From positions 410,006,001 through 410,070,000 of the forward strand of contig CM097883.1 of NCBI GenBank assembly GCA_044892505.1: DNA of 64,000 nt, given 5' to 3'. The stretch comes from Schmidtea nova. Its lineage: Eukaryota. Position 1 is the stretch's first letter. Every line of letters starts with the position of its first letter. This document shows positions 36,579 to 49,598 of the stretch, piece after piece. A program made the translations under genes and the position numbers. Below the pieces are notes generated by a model. That model had not been told where the DNA came from. It saw only the letters and a program-made list of their open reading frames with translations, and ran no database searches.

Positions 36579-38525
36579 CTAGCTTTAATACCCGGCGTCG
36601 CTCGGGGGAGGGAGGAGGATTAAATTAATGAAAGCACAAAATTGTTTAAACACTTTTATTTTCAAGTACTTTGAATCAACAGGTTGTTTAATTTTAACAA
36701 TTGGTCTTTAGCTTACGCATAAGGTAAAAAAGTAAAATTTAAATTTAACAAAATAAAAAATTTAAGAAAAAATTATTGGAGTGCCATCTGGTATACAAAA
36801 TTTTTTGTTAACCCAGCTTTTGCAAACACAAATTTTTAGGATTCCCTACACGTGAGCATCCCACATAAAGTTGTCCATGGGTAAAACACGGATTTTCTAA
36901 ATTTATCCCAGCTACTTTCAATGATTGCCCTGGGATTTATTAATCGACATAGCGAATGCCAATCTGACGTGGAATTGAATCCTTTTAAAATTAAATGGTA
37001 AATTATTTGGAATGAGTGGGATCCGCGGAATGAAAACGTCTTCTCATTTTGCACAGCCTGTTAAAATTGTTGCTTCAATAATATTATTATACATATTTTT
37101 GACTGACATTCTTGTACCATTGCAAAGTTTTGGAGGATCTAGGTTACGAAGTAACATAATTGGAGATCCTATTTTCAAATTTAAGTTATGAGGAGGAAAA
37201 CCAGAAGGATTTAACGAATTAAGTTTCAGCTACACGTTTTATATAACATAACATGTGTTATTGGCATGAAAGAACTGCTGTAACTCTTCCACTATGTTAT
37301 TTCTGACGTTTGGAAGCATCGAACATCTTAGGTTTGCTTCTGTCGCGGATTCGCCCATAAAATAAATTTGCAGAAATTGTGGTTCTACATCAGCTGGTGG
37401 CAATAGGGACCCAATTCTATAGAAAACTTGCCCTTGCACTTTAAAAAATGGCATGAATCCTTCTTCGCTTACTACTCTAGAAGCACCAAAGGATGTCATT
37501 TGAAAACAGGAATTATATTTCCGTATGTTATCAAGAAAATGCCTAGATCCCGCTGTATCGCCTGTTATCAAAGATTTAAGGGGCTCTATATGAGGTTCTA
37601 ATACAGGTAATTTAATTTTACCATTAGAACAACAAAGTCCAGGGGGCTCGCCCTTTCATTTTAGCGCTCCACAATGTCTACAAACAACATCCATTAAACC
37701 GATTTGAAGCGAAAGAATATTCTGATAATCGATGTTGGCAACATTTTTGAAATCTTATAACCTATTTCGAAAGGCAGAAGCTCTTCTTTGCTCAACAAAT
37801 CTAGCTTCTCTTGCTTCGGCTGATCTACTAGCTGCAGCTCTAAACCTTAACAATGCTAATCTAGTTTCTCTTTCTTCCTCCGTTTCATTTTCTCTCGTTA
37901 ATCCAGCTCTATTTCTTAAAGATGTAAGTCTAGCTTCTCTCGCTTCGCCCGTTTCATTTTCTATCGGTAATCGAGCTCTATTTCTTTGAGATGCAATTCT
38001 GGCTTCTCTTTCTTCTGCAGTTTCTCGATCTCTCACAGCTGCAACTCTAATTCTATGAGATTCTGCTCTAGTTTCTCTTCCAATCGTTGCCCTTTTTATA
38101 TGGAGCATTTCTTAATTTTTTTTTCTTTAGTACTAAAATTAATAATGCATTCAAAAAAAATGCACAAAAAACAGAGACTTTTCAATAAGTGTACCTACCT
38201 TTTTTACATTTAAACAACTTATACAGCTTAGATATAATATAATTTTACGTAAGATATAATGTAGATATAATGTAATTTTACGTGTAACATATATATCGGG
38301 TCCAAGACAAAAACTAAAACAGGAATTTGTTATTAATTAAATTCATTAATTTTTATCTAAAAGTAACTTACGCCTTCAAATTTTGTTAATAATCAACAAA
38401 ATGTGTAATATAATTAACAAATAATTAATATTTTGTACAATAATTAACTTAATTGTTTAATAGTCAATATTATTGAAATTATTTTGTCATAAATATACAT
38501 ACAATTTTCAGCTTTATATATAAGA
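36579..38525 (-). mobile_element. Internally deleted Helitron
   Basis: 5' A|TCTTATATATA; 3' CCCGAGCGACGCCGGG hairpin then CTAG|T. RepHel N-terminal fragment FLDNIRKYNSCFQMTSFGA..FKVQGQVFYRIGSLLP and decayed PIF1 C-terminal motifs ([32 protein letters not shown]). E/R/A-rich repeat ORF at 37755-38108. Confidence 0.93.
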
Positions 38526-39479
38526 TTAATCAATATCAATATTGCATTTGTTTTGGATTTATTTTTATAATAGCAATAATAATATGAAATGACAAAAACC
38601 AGTCGGAAAGAATTTCAGTTAAGGGAATGTATGAATTTTATTAGATATCTTCTGTTATGTTATAAAAAGCTTGCAATCTGTATTTACAATGGTTTATTAT
38701 GAACCATACAAATCTTCTCAAATTATTAACAGCTATAATTTTAAATAGTTGAAGTGATTCAAACAACCTTCCTATAATGCAGTGTGAAAGTGGCGAAAGC
38801 TCTCCTATAATGCAGTACTCTTAAATTGTGATTTACATATAACGCGGAACGAATTAATCGTTTTAGGAAGGTTAACTGTATTATAAACGTGTCAATCAAA
38901 AAGTTGAATATTTGATTGGTTTCCCTGCTATAAAACATTTGAGAAAATAATTGAAAATTTAAATGATTGCTTCCGATAAGAAATTCATAATAGTTACGAT
39001 TTATGGTGTATTTTTTGAAAAATTAACTAACTTTTGTAAACTAACTCAATTCAGTTGGATTTTGATCATTTCTCACGTAGAAATAATTATGCAAAATTTC
39101 ATTCAAATAATGCTGATTAAGAGACTTATTTATGACAAAAAATGACAAAAATGCAGAACTTCAAATTATTTTCAATATTTAATTTTCAATTATTGAACTC
39201 TTTCCAACATTATTTCGAATTGAAAACGATATATTGCATACAATTTTTGCAAAGATATTCCATCTTAGTTGACAATAGTGTAATTCAATGAAATGAAATC
39301 GAATGAATTACTTTCAAATAATGTTTTTTCCAGAAAACTATCATATTGTCTTATTCGAAAACCTAATATTTTACGAAAATTATCTGAAGTGAAATTTAAA
39401 TTTTGTCACCAATGTTTAGAAACTGCCAATTTCAATCGATGCTGCAAAAAATATTTAAGAATCATACCAAATCATACCT

Positions 39480-39770
39480 TGTACTCGAAAAACCTAGATT
39501 CCGTCATTGGAAAATTCAAAGACAAGAATAAAGGATTCAAGTATGATGAGTGGGTGTTTCTTAGGTCAAAGTGTTACAGTCTTTTAAATGATGAAGAGTG
39601 CATTAAGGCTAAAGGTATAACATTGAAGGATACTAAACTGAATCATCAGTCGTACCTGAATTGTTACAATAATAATTCAATAGTTTCTGTTGATCAGTCG
39701 AGAATTGCTAGTAAGAATCATCAACTCTTTACTAATAAATCTTCTAAGATTGCCTTAACTAATCTTGACT
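39480..39770 (+). mobile_element. Maverick/Polinton protein-primed DNA polB C-terminal relic
   Basis: VIGKFKD..EWVFLRSKCYS..KAKGI..IASKNHQLFT..KIAL matches the pPolB C-terminus. Confidence 0.85.
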
Positions 39771-40251
39771 TTGGGTTGGAAAAAATGTTAGTCTGGCTTA
39801 TGGACATTATAAGGGAATTGATGTGGTTATGGGGGTGCGTGAAGATGCTGCTGAATCTGATGAACAATTTGACCAAAGATGAGAAGATTTATTTAAAGTT
39901 TTATTTTTTAAAATACTTTGTTTTTTTCTAGTTAATAAGTTCTTGAATTCTAACCAAGGTTTTTTCATGTAAAATTGATCGGAGAAGACCAATTTTTCAT
40001 GTTTTTACTTTTTGACCCTTTTTTGTTGGCCATTGAATTTTCAGTAGATTGATATAAAAATTATTGAAATCTGAGCATTTTTTAAAATTTTGGAAAAAAT
40101 GTTGAAAAAATTAATTTATTTTATATTTTTAAAAAAAATGAAAAAAAAATATGAATAAAAATCATGAAAAAATAAAAAATATTAAATTTCAGTGTTATGT
40201 CATTAATTACGTAATAAATAATCGATTATATTATTTTCTAAAGTTTTTCTT

Positions 40252-40450
40252 GAAATTATGTAATGAGTAAAGTATTATGTAATGATTATGTACCATGTGA
40301 AGAATTACGTAGTGATTACGTAATATGTAAAATATTGTGATGTTTGTGTAATATGTGAAGTATTGTGTAATGACTTCGTAATATATGAAAAATTATGTAA
40401 TGATTATGTAATACATAAAGTATTGCTTAATATGTAAGGTATTATGTAAA
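40252..40450 (+). repeat. Degenerate ~30-bp tandem repeat, possibly subterminal to the Maverick relic (candidate end near 40550)
   Basis: GTATTATGTAATGATTATGTAATATGTGAA-like units; CACTACTCCCTACTAACT at 40533-40550. Confidence 0.6.
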
Positions 40451-40856
40451 TTAGGGGTGGTCGAGTGGGTGGACTGTATAATTATTGCGTAATATATACA
40501 GTATATGGATAGATTGCTTGTGCTAGACCGCTCACTACTCCCTACTAACTAGGATAAGCAGTTTGGGTTCTCGAAATAACAAAATGGACAACTATTCTAT
40601 TGGAGAAGTACGGTGTTCGCGTGCAAGATTAATCGAAATGCAATTTAGATCTCCCTGCTGTAAATTGTCGATTTTTCGTTATAAGTTGCCAACTTGCTAG
40701 CTTCAGTTGTGATTCTTTCAAAATCGTCATTAACGAAGCTGTCTATGATTAACATAACTTTCCCAGAAATGCCCATATCAAAATGAACTTGTCGCAGCAC
40801 TTTATATATGTAGATGCCATAGCTTTTTTACATTTGTGAATATTTTCTTATCTGAT

Positions 40857-41783
40857 TTAGTGGCTGTTGATTTTCAAATGACAGGCCAAATAATAATTTT
40901 TATTCGTTTCCATAACTAAATAAACAACATTCAAATGGACTTTCGAGAGGATTTCGGGAGAATCGTCAAATCGAACTATGACATCGTTACTGCCAGACAA
41001 TGCTTGGATTTTATCATTAGATTTCGTTTTGTCCATTTCGCCACGAACTGACATTGATTGTTTAACTACTTCATTGAATTTGTCCAGGCAACGACTTTTA
41101 CAGATTACCATTATAGCTTGCAATGTAGAACTCCTGAATTCATTTGTGATTAACTTATCAATTTGTGGACTCCTGAGAAAACGATTAATTAGATCGTTTA
41201 ATTTTTCTAAATATTTGTTATCCTGCATCGGTGTAGAAATGACAACTGATTTCGAAGAATACACCTTTCCTTCCAATCCTACATACACATCGAATGCAAA
41301 CTGGAAAAACATTCTCACAATATGCGAACCGATATTGTTTTCTAAATGATCCGGATAATTTATCCACATATATTCACAGAATTTTTGACTCTGAAATCTC
41401 ACAATCTTATTTTTAGAAATGTCTTTGGATTTACAGGCTAAAAGAACTTTTTCCAATAATCTAGATGTATTTTTACTGATGATTACGCCACCCAAATATG
41501 CATTGATAGATCTAAATATAGAACCAACTACTTCACTTGTAGGATATGAAGAAACAAATCTTTCGATGATGGAGCATATTGTTGCATGAAAACATACTTT
41601 AATACCATTTTTATTCAATGAAGCGACTGTTTTAATTACAATTTCATATCTTTCTTCTTCTTCGGGTGTTTTTTCAAATGATTTCCGACATGATTAATAA
41701 TATTTCACAATGTCCAATTTAAAATTCCCAAAAATCGCATTACCAATTGGACCATAATACATCCTAAGAATATCGTCTTTCAT
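40857..41783 (-). pseudogene. NOP9: NOP9-like (Pumilio-repeat nucleolar protein) 5' fragment; intronless, in-frame TAA at 41694-41696, truncated
   Basis: EEEERYEIVIKTV..CSIIERFV, SRLLEKVLL, GSHIVRMFF and NEFRSSTLQAIM resemble NOP9 Puf repeats. ATG 41783 is in frame. About 310 codons, roughly half of a typical NOP9. Confidence 0.65.
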
Positions 41784-41869
41784 TGCCCATCTTTTCCATA
41801 ATTAAATTCAAATCTTTAAACTCCAATAATCAATTAAAATTCTCACCAAATCCTCACATTACAATCAAT

Positions 41870-42050
41870 GCGCACACAGACGCGAGACATTTAAGAGCAC
41901 ACGGACGCGAGACAAATGATCTCCATTGCAGCGCACACAGACGCATAAAAAACAAATTGCAGCGCACACAGACGCGATATAAATTTAAAACTAAAATTGC
42001 AATGCGCACACAGACGCTGACAATTAAAAAGATAATGCGCACACAGACGC
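41870..42050. repeat. Six copies of GCGCACACAGACGC with AT-rich variable spacers, upstream of the NOP9-like ORF
   Basis: Starts at 41870, 41895 (variant), 41931, 41962, 42004 and 42037; partial copy at 42576. Confidence 0.9.
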
Positions 42051-42849
42051 GTACATCCAGAAATCACCAGTGGCTATGAGTCATTATAAATTTTAAGCCC
42101 AATATCAATTGGTAGACGATTATAATAATCTGATAGAATCTCAAATTATATTATATAGGTATAACATGAAAGAGATCATAGTTCATGTATGGCAACAATA
42201 AACATAATTCCCTTGACTTTCCATTTGTCACTTTAGAATGAATATTCATCAAAAAAATCCGATATCGAGTTTGAATTTTGCACAATGATATGTTAATATT
42301 AACACATTCCAAACGCATATAATAGAAATTTCCATATATATTTTATCACGACATGATTTATATCCAATTTACCAATAATCAAACTAATTTAGTCAATTAT
42401 AATAATATATAAAACAGTTCAAAATTTTATTTCCATTAAAGATTAAATCATCTTTTCTCTAAATCAATTTCAGCCAAAAAAACATAAATTCAAAGATTCA
42501 ACAAAACAGCAACTAATTCATTTAATTCGACAACAATACAATTATAAATCCAAATTAATTATAAAAAAGAAACCTACACACAGACGCGAAGGAAAAGAAA
42601 TAAATGCACACACCTTCAGATAAATAAAAAGTATGGTGGTTCTTTGCTATTTTTGCTTTTAAATATATTCGATTTATTTTATTAAAAGAATTTTCCGTCG
42701 ATATTTTCAATCAATTCAATTTAAATATATTCTTCATAATCAGTTGTTAAATTAAACACATGTCTCGCTAAAAACAGCACGACAGTGGTTTAATTAGAAA
42801 ATACATGCAAAAATATTCAAAGGAATAATGTATCGGGCCCAATAAAACA

Positions 42850-43850
42850 TTATACTGTAATATATGTAACACTATTGTGGATTTTAAGAAAATATTTAAT
42901 GTTGATGCGCACTGAAAAACAATAGATCATGTTTTAACAGAATCTTCCGCCCGATTACATGAGTTTTTAGTACTACAGATGTCCACTTTACTGCTATGGT
43001 GGTTGAAGACTTTTTGTCGGCGGATATTCCTCTCGAAAAATTGCAGAATAAGAAGCTGTAGGAATTATTTTTGCTTAAGAAACATAAATTACCGAACAAA
43101 TCGAATGCTCGAAATTTTATTTGGAAATACAGAAAAAAATCAAAATAAATTGGTTCTTATCGTTTGTAATAAAACCGAAATATTAGGAAAGAAATATTGT
43201 AATGTAATGTGCGGATGTATTGAATCCCCAAAGGATATATGGGTGATAAATTCAGTTGCTAATCAACACATCTGCGAACTCAACATTTGTCGATAATATA
43301 ATAGATGATTCGCTGAAAAATAACTCACGTGAAAAAAGCGGGTGAAGTATATAAATCCAGAAATAGAAGTCTTTTACATGCAGTCTTGCTCATTTGATTG
43401 ATAACTATTCTATGGACATACGTGCATCTTATGAAAATTTTTACAAACTAATCGGAAGTTTAAAAGCATTGACAATAAAAAACAAAGAAAGGCAAAATTT
43501 ATTTTCCAAAATTCGCAGTCCACTTTCAATAATTTAAACATGAACGAGCTGGTGGCGTGCAGTAATGGACTATTGTGACAATCTTTCCGAAGTAAAACTA
43601 GTCGTTTCCATGAAGAAAATAGCAGACTATAAAAGGGAGAAACTATAGCAGATGAATCAGAAATTAAAAATTGGAGATTAGATTCGAGAAATAAAAGAAA
43701 AATTAGTGGAAACGAATTTGAAGGAAAAGAATTGTAATAGAGGAAGTTGGGATAGGAATTTATTGAGTTAAAAATAGAAATGTACTTGTAAGCAAGGCGA
43801 AAACGACATTAGCAGAAACTAATTTTAATGCATGATTTGGTGGAGGTTAA
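42850..43850 (+). mobile_element. hAT-like (CGGBP1-related) transposase relic, 5' part; continues at 46252-46600 beyond the piggyBac
   Basis: FLSADIPLEKLQNK, KYCNVMCG, KKAG, LAHLI, KALTIKNKERQ and SVLVSKAK motifs. A C-terminal CPPTSIVVKRNFCML..RNFDVKN segment reads best in the duplicate at ~47640-47740. Confidence 0.7.
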
Positions 43851-46247
43851 CACTAGATTTACGGAACACGTCAAATTGACGGGTTCCGTAAATCTAGTGT
43901 AAATAACTCAGAAACCACAAATTTTTGTATTAGAAATATATATTGATTATTAAGTATTTACTAACACGTGTATTTATCTGTATTTGTTTTCTTGTAAGGT
44001 CCTCTAATTTCGAGTATCTGTATGTAGTATACCTATTTTTCCGAAAACCCGTCAAATTGACGGGTTCATTTTACCAGCAGACATTTGTTCTAAAAGTACT
44101 GTTTTCTTCGCGTTGCTTTCTCCAACTATTTTATGAGTGAAGATAGTAACAGTTTAAGCGTATCAGGACAGGATCTTGCATGCCCATTTACGCAGTTGAT
44201 TGTTATAAATAGTAATTAGAATAAGTAGTAATTGTGAAAGCTTGTTTCTTTGTCTTCACTTCATTTCAATTTTATTTCATCAACGATTATTTGATTTCTA
44301 AAGGTAATTTGAAAATATAAGGATGAAAACGGTTTATGTCATATTTATTTTTATTTTGACTATAGCAATTATGAGAAAATCTCGGAAAGAAGTTAAAATG
44401 CTGCACAAAATAAACAGCATAAATAAAAGTTTATCTGACACCGAATCAGATTCTGATGCAGTTGATGCAGTTTTATCGGAAATCCGTGATGAAATTGGAG
44501 ATGAAAGCATGGAAATTGATCTTTCCGACTCTGAAGATGAAAATTACCATAACATGCGTCGCTGCAGAAAAGCATTCGTATAAATTCGGCCTCTGAAAAC
44601 GAAAGTGACATGGAGGTTGCTGATACACAGGATGATGCTGAATCCAATTCGAACGAAAATTCTATTGATGGAGAATGGCAAATACTAAAGGAAGGTGGAG
44701 GTAATGGCAAACCGCCAGCTCATACCATATTCAAAGATGTACCAGGTGCAACTGCGTATGCTAAAAGAAATAGTATGATTGGAAATGTGCGAAGCGCATT
44801 TCAACTGATCGTTGATGAAAGTATGATAAAACATATCAAAAGTTGTACTGAAGCAGAGGCATGTAGAATTTTTGGAAAGAAATGGACAATTACGAAGTCA
44901 GGATTGTATGCTTTTCTGTCAATTCTGTATGCCCGAGGAGCATATGAGGCAAAATCGTTGAAGGCATCATATTTATGGTTGAAGAAATGGGGCCCCAAAT
45001 TCTTTTCCGAAACAATTCCCAGGGACAAATTTATGGAAATTTTGCGATTCATACGATTTGACAACAAATATGAGAGGAGTCAACGTTTGAAGGCAGATAT
45101 ATTTGCACTGATTCCCAAAATATGGAACAAATTTATTGAAAATATTCAGAATTTCTATAAACCTGATGCGCATATAACAATTGATGAACAATTGTTTCCA
45201 ACAAAGACCAGGTGCCGATTCACTCAATATATGCCTCAAAAACCAGATAAATTTGGAATCAAATTTTGGTTAGCATAGGATGTTAGAAACAAATATCTTA
45301 TAAATGGATTCCCATACTTAGGCAAAGATGATACACGAGCAGCAAACATACCTCTGGGTGAATTCGTAGTTCTCAAATTTATTGATCCATATTTGGGCTG
45401 CGGACGAAATGTAACGACGGACAATTTTTTTACGAGTCTTTCACTTGCAAAAAATTACTTGCGAAAAACACAATTCTCGTTGGTACTATACGTGCAAATA
45501 AAAGAGAATTACCAACAACCGCAAAATCTAAGAAAAATAATATGCCGACATTTTCTACGCTACTTTATAAATTGGAAAGCTGTGTTCTCACAGTTTACAA
45601 GAGCAAACCAAAGAAGAAGGTACTTTTAGTCAGTACAAAACATACGTCTGTAAAAATTAAAGAAAATTCTAAACGTGTCCCGGAGACAATTGCGTTTTAT
45701 AATCAAACCAAATATAAAGTGGACGTCATTGACCAAATGGCACGAAAGTATAGTGTGAAAGCCGGGTCCCGTAGATGGCCTCTTCAAGTCTTCTACAACA
45801 TATTAGATTTAGCTGCGATCAACGCTTGGATATTGTATAAGTAGACCGCCGGAGTAAAAATAACAAGAAAAAACTTTGTTTTTCAATTAGCTGAAGAACT
45901 TGCCAGTGGCAATGAAGATACATCCAACAGTCATTCCAATCTGCAGTCACACACACAAAAATCAACTATACGAAAGACCTGCCAAATTATATTTTGCACA
46001 AAGAACAAGTCGAATAATATTTGTGTTATTTGTAATAAATATATTTGTGGGAAATGCACATCAAAAATTGCATATACATGTATAAATTGTAATGAATAAA
46101 TATTAATATATGTATATAAATATTAGTTTTATTTAAAAAATAAAAGGAATCAAGAATATTTACCAAAAATTTCAATTTTACTGAAACCCGTCAAAATGAC
46201 GGGTTTCAGTAAAATTAGGTATACAAATTATCCCCGTAAATCTAGTG
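43851..46247 (+). mobile_element. Full-length disabled piggyBac element (2397 bp)
   Basis: TTAA|CACTAGATTTACGG ... CCGTAAATCTAGTG|TTAA; internal CGTCAAA(T/A)TGACGGG palindromes. Transposase motifs IDEQLF, KPDKFGIKFW, TTDNFFTS and VDVIDQM with stops (45276, 45842) and frameshifts. Confidence 0.97.
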
Positions 46248-46995
46248 TTAAGGAGCGCTATGAAGATCTAATACGGATATTAAATAATCTAGAACAAAGC
46301 CAATATAATATTTCGACCACTTACGTGGAAATCAAAAGGGTGAATTTAAAACATGATCCTCTCTAAATAAAAAGTGATTTTACAACGATTAGCTGATAAG
46401 GATAACGAGAGATAACGAAAATTTAGCTCCAATCATATATGGTTTTTTGAAAAATTGTCATCCAACATCGATAGTAGTGGAAACTAGCGTTTTCATGCTG
46501 AAGTAAATATCGTAGGTAGGCAGAAACTTCGATGTTAAAAATGCGGCAAATTATATAAATGTCTATTATAATTTAAAAGTGGATGAGACAAATGAATTTT
46601 TAAGGAAGAAGATTTATAGTATATTTAAAAGTAAATAACTCCTATTTTACTGACTTAGAGATTAATATCTTTTGTTTAAAATGCTATTTTTACGAAAATA
46701 AACGCTATAAATAAACCGACCTAATAATAAGTTATTTATCCGAGCTCACACACTAACGCAGTAAGAAAGAGAGAATTTCTATATGACTATAGCCGAAACA
46801 TGCGGTATTATTCATAACGCTGCAGAGGGTGGCTCTCTTGAAATTCTAATAATAGGCAGACAGGCTTTAGCGTTTCCAGAGGTAACTACGAAGATTCAGC
46901 ATAGGGAATGATGTTCTAAACTGCTTTCACTTTTAACTGTTCTATGCGCTAACGTCTATCATATGAAAATATTGTCAAACTAATCGCAAGATTAA

Positions 46996-48118
46996 AAGTA
47001 TTGACAATAAAAAACAAAGACAGAATTTATTTTCATAAATTCGCAGTCCACTTTCAATAGTTTTGACAAGATGAACGAGCTGGTTGAGTGCAGTAATGTA
47101 CTATTGTGACAATCTTTCCGAAGTAAAACTAATCGTGCACATGAGGAAAAATGGAATGAACTGTTGGCAAAAAACTGAAAAAACAAAAATAATCTTAAAT
47201 AGTAGAGAATGGTAGACTATAAAATGGAGAAACCACGGCAGATGAGTCAGAAATTAAAAATTGAAGATTAAATTAGAGAAATAAAAGAAAGATTAGTGGA
47301 AAAAAATTTCAAGAATAAGAATTGTAGTGAAAGTTGACAAAGGAAATTATTGAATTAAAAATAGAAGTGTACTTGTAAGCAAGGCGAAAACGGCATTAGC
47401 AGAAACTAATTTAACGCATGATTTGGTGGAGGTTAAGGAGTGTTATGACGATCTGAAACGGATAGTAGATAATCTAGAACAAAGCCAATATAATATTTCG
47501 ACCACTTACGTGGAAATCAAAAGGGTGAATTTAAAACATGATCTTCTCGAAATAAAAAGTGATTTTGCAACGATTAGCTGATAAGGATAACGAGGGATAA
47601 CGAAAATTTAGTTCCAATCATATACGCTTTTTTGAAAATTGTCCTCCAACATCGATAGTAGTGAAAAGGAACTTTTGCATGCTGAAGTAAATATCGGCGG
47701 TAGGCAGAAACTTCGATGTTAAAAATGTGGCAAATTATATAAATGTCTATTATAATTTAAAAATGGATGAGGCAAAGGAATGTTTACAGGAAGAAGATTA
47801 ATAGTATATTTAAAAGTAAATAAATCCTATTTTACTGGCTTAGAGGTTATTATCTTTTGTTTAAAATGCTATTTTTACGAAAATAAACGCTATATATTAA
47901 CTGCCCTGATAATAAGTTATTTATCTGAGCTCACACACTAACGCAGTAAGAAAGAGAGAATTTCTATCTGACTACAATCGAAACATGTGGTATTATTCAT
48001 AACGCTGCAGAGGTTGGCTCTCTTGAAATTCTAATAATAAGCAGATAGGCTTTAGCGTTTCCAGAAGTAACTACGAAAATTCAGCACAGGGAATGATGTT
48101 ACAAACTGTTTTCACTTT
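46996..48118 (+). repeat. Tandem duplicate (~1.1 kb) of 43465-43850 + 46252-46935, lacking the piggyBac
   Basis: Colinear similarity on both sides of the insertion; single TTAA at 47433-47436. Confidence 0.92.
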
Positions 48119-48499
48119 ACAAAGGCGACAAAGTTATTTTCAAAAAACTATTTGCTTTAAGTCAAATGGGCAAGCTATGGCCCGCCTAACAATTTTATGC
48201 ATCCAGCCAATGATTTGGATACAAGTCCGTTATTATTTATTATGATTGTCATGTACTTATGTCCAAAACAGCGCAAGAATTTTGGTAAGTTAAAACTGAA
48301 CTATCACATTTCAAACCAATGACAGCTATGTTTTAAAAAGTGGCTATAAAAGTATGTTTTTAATAAAGTTTTTCTCCTGATTTCTTATTATAGAGAGTTC
48401 GATATGACAGAACGGATGATTTATAACCAGCAGCGCCTGGTCAGGTAGCGGAGGATATTGAATTTTTTTATTTAGGAAGGGTTTTAAAATATATAAAGA

Positions 48500-48688
48500 G
48501 TGGGAAGAGTAACGAACACAAATAAAATAAATAAAAGATTTAACATTTCAAAATCAAGCCTGGGAGAAACGCCTCCATTGTCAAGCACGAGATGGGGCAC
48601 AGCATATATGGTTATTGTTATCAATGTAAAATACGTGTCAATGCGGTCCGATTTGCATAGGACAGATACCAATGCGGCCCTCTGTTAA
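48500..48688 (+). mobile_element. Possible hAT transposase fragment
   Basis: STRWGTAYM resembles the hAT TRWxSxxxM motif; short and unsupported by termini. Confidence 0.3.
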
Positions 48689-49458
48689 AAAAGTTTGTCC
48701 AGTTCTCGGTTAGGTCATAGGGATCATTTTGACTTCAGCATGGATTTGGACAAATTAGTCAATAAGGTGTCTGATTATGTTATTAAAAGTTTCTGGAGTT
48801 GAATCTGCTCTCAGAAGAAATTCGGTTGGCTATACTATATAAATTTAAGTAAAGATGACGTTTCAGTCTAAAAAACCTGAAGAAACAGCGAAAATTTAGA
48901 TAAAGAAGGGAGGGAGTTTATCACATGAAATGGAATCAAGAACTGAAGAAGAGTCAAATTCGCGAATTTCAACAGAGATCCGACACAAAGTTGCTACTAC
49001 AGTCAAGAACAAGAGAATTGCTGTAGGCTCAAAGAATCATCCTTTTAACATTTGTTTATTCTCTCGATGAATTATTGTAATTATTAAAAATAATTAATAA
49101 AAATTAATTATTAAAAAGTAATTATTAAAAATATACACTTAAACTTCACTTGTCTTTAGTGCGTCTTTTCCTTTTCTAAATAGTTGTCTTCCATACCCAT
49201 TATGAATAGTTTGTATATTCGACATTTTTTTCAATTTGTGTTTATTATGTTTCGCAACAATGTTATTCGTGGATAATGGTTTCTGTGGGACGATTCTTTC
49301 AAATCAGAAAGAACGAAACGAATGATTCAGAAAGATTCGAAGAACTGCTACAAAATTTAAGTTTCTAATTGAATATTCTTGAGAAAAGTGAAGAGCTAAA
49401 AGATAGAATATTGTATCATTCTCGGTTGAATATACTTTTAAAGTCTTTGTTAACCCAG

Positions 49459-49598
49459 NNNNNNNNNNNNNNNNNNNNNNNNNNNNNNNNNNNNNNNNNN
49501 NNNNNNNNNNNNNNNNNNNNNNNNNNNNNNNNNNNNNNNNNNNNNNNNNNNNNNNNNNNNNNNNNNNNNNNNNNNNNNNNNNNNNNNNNNNNNNNNNN
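49459..49598. other. Assembly gap (N run)
   Basis: Ns in sequence. Confidence 1.

Noticed and set aside
40978-41349. Antisense or shadow ORFs (also 37732-37989, 33127-33402, 24485-24796, 44801-45239, 55088-55318)
   Set aside because: They overlap better-supported ORFs on the other strand or frame and show no motifs.
41870-42050. CRISPR-like repeat-spacer array
   Set aside because: Repeats are only 14 bp with short irregular spacers, there are no cas genes, and the context is intron-containing eukaryotic DNA.
46380-46430. CTGATAA...GAAA hammerhead-like words (also 53705-53730)
   Set aside because: No stem II can form; the 46.4 kb case lies inside hAT coding sequence.
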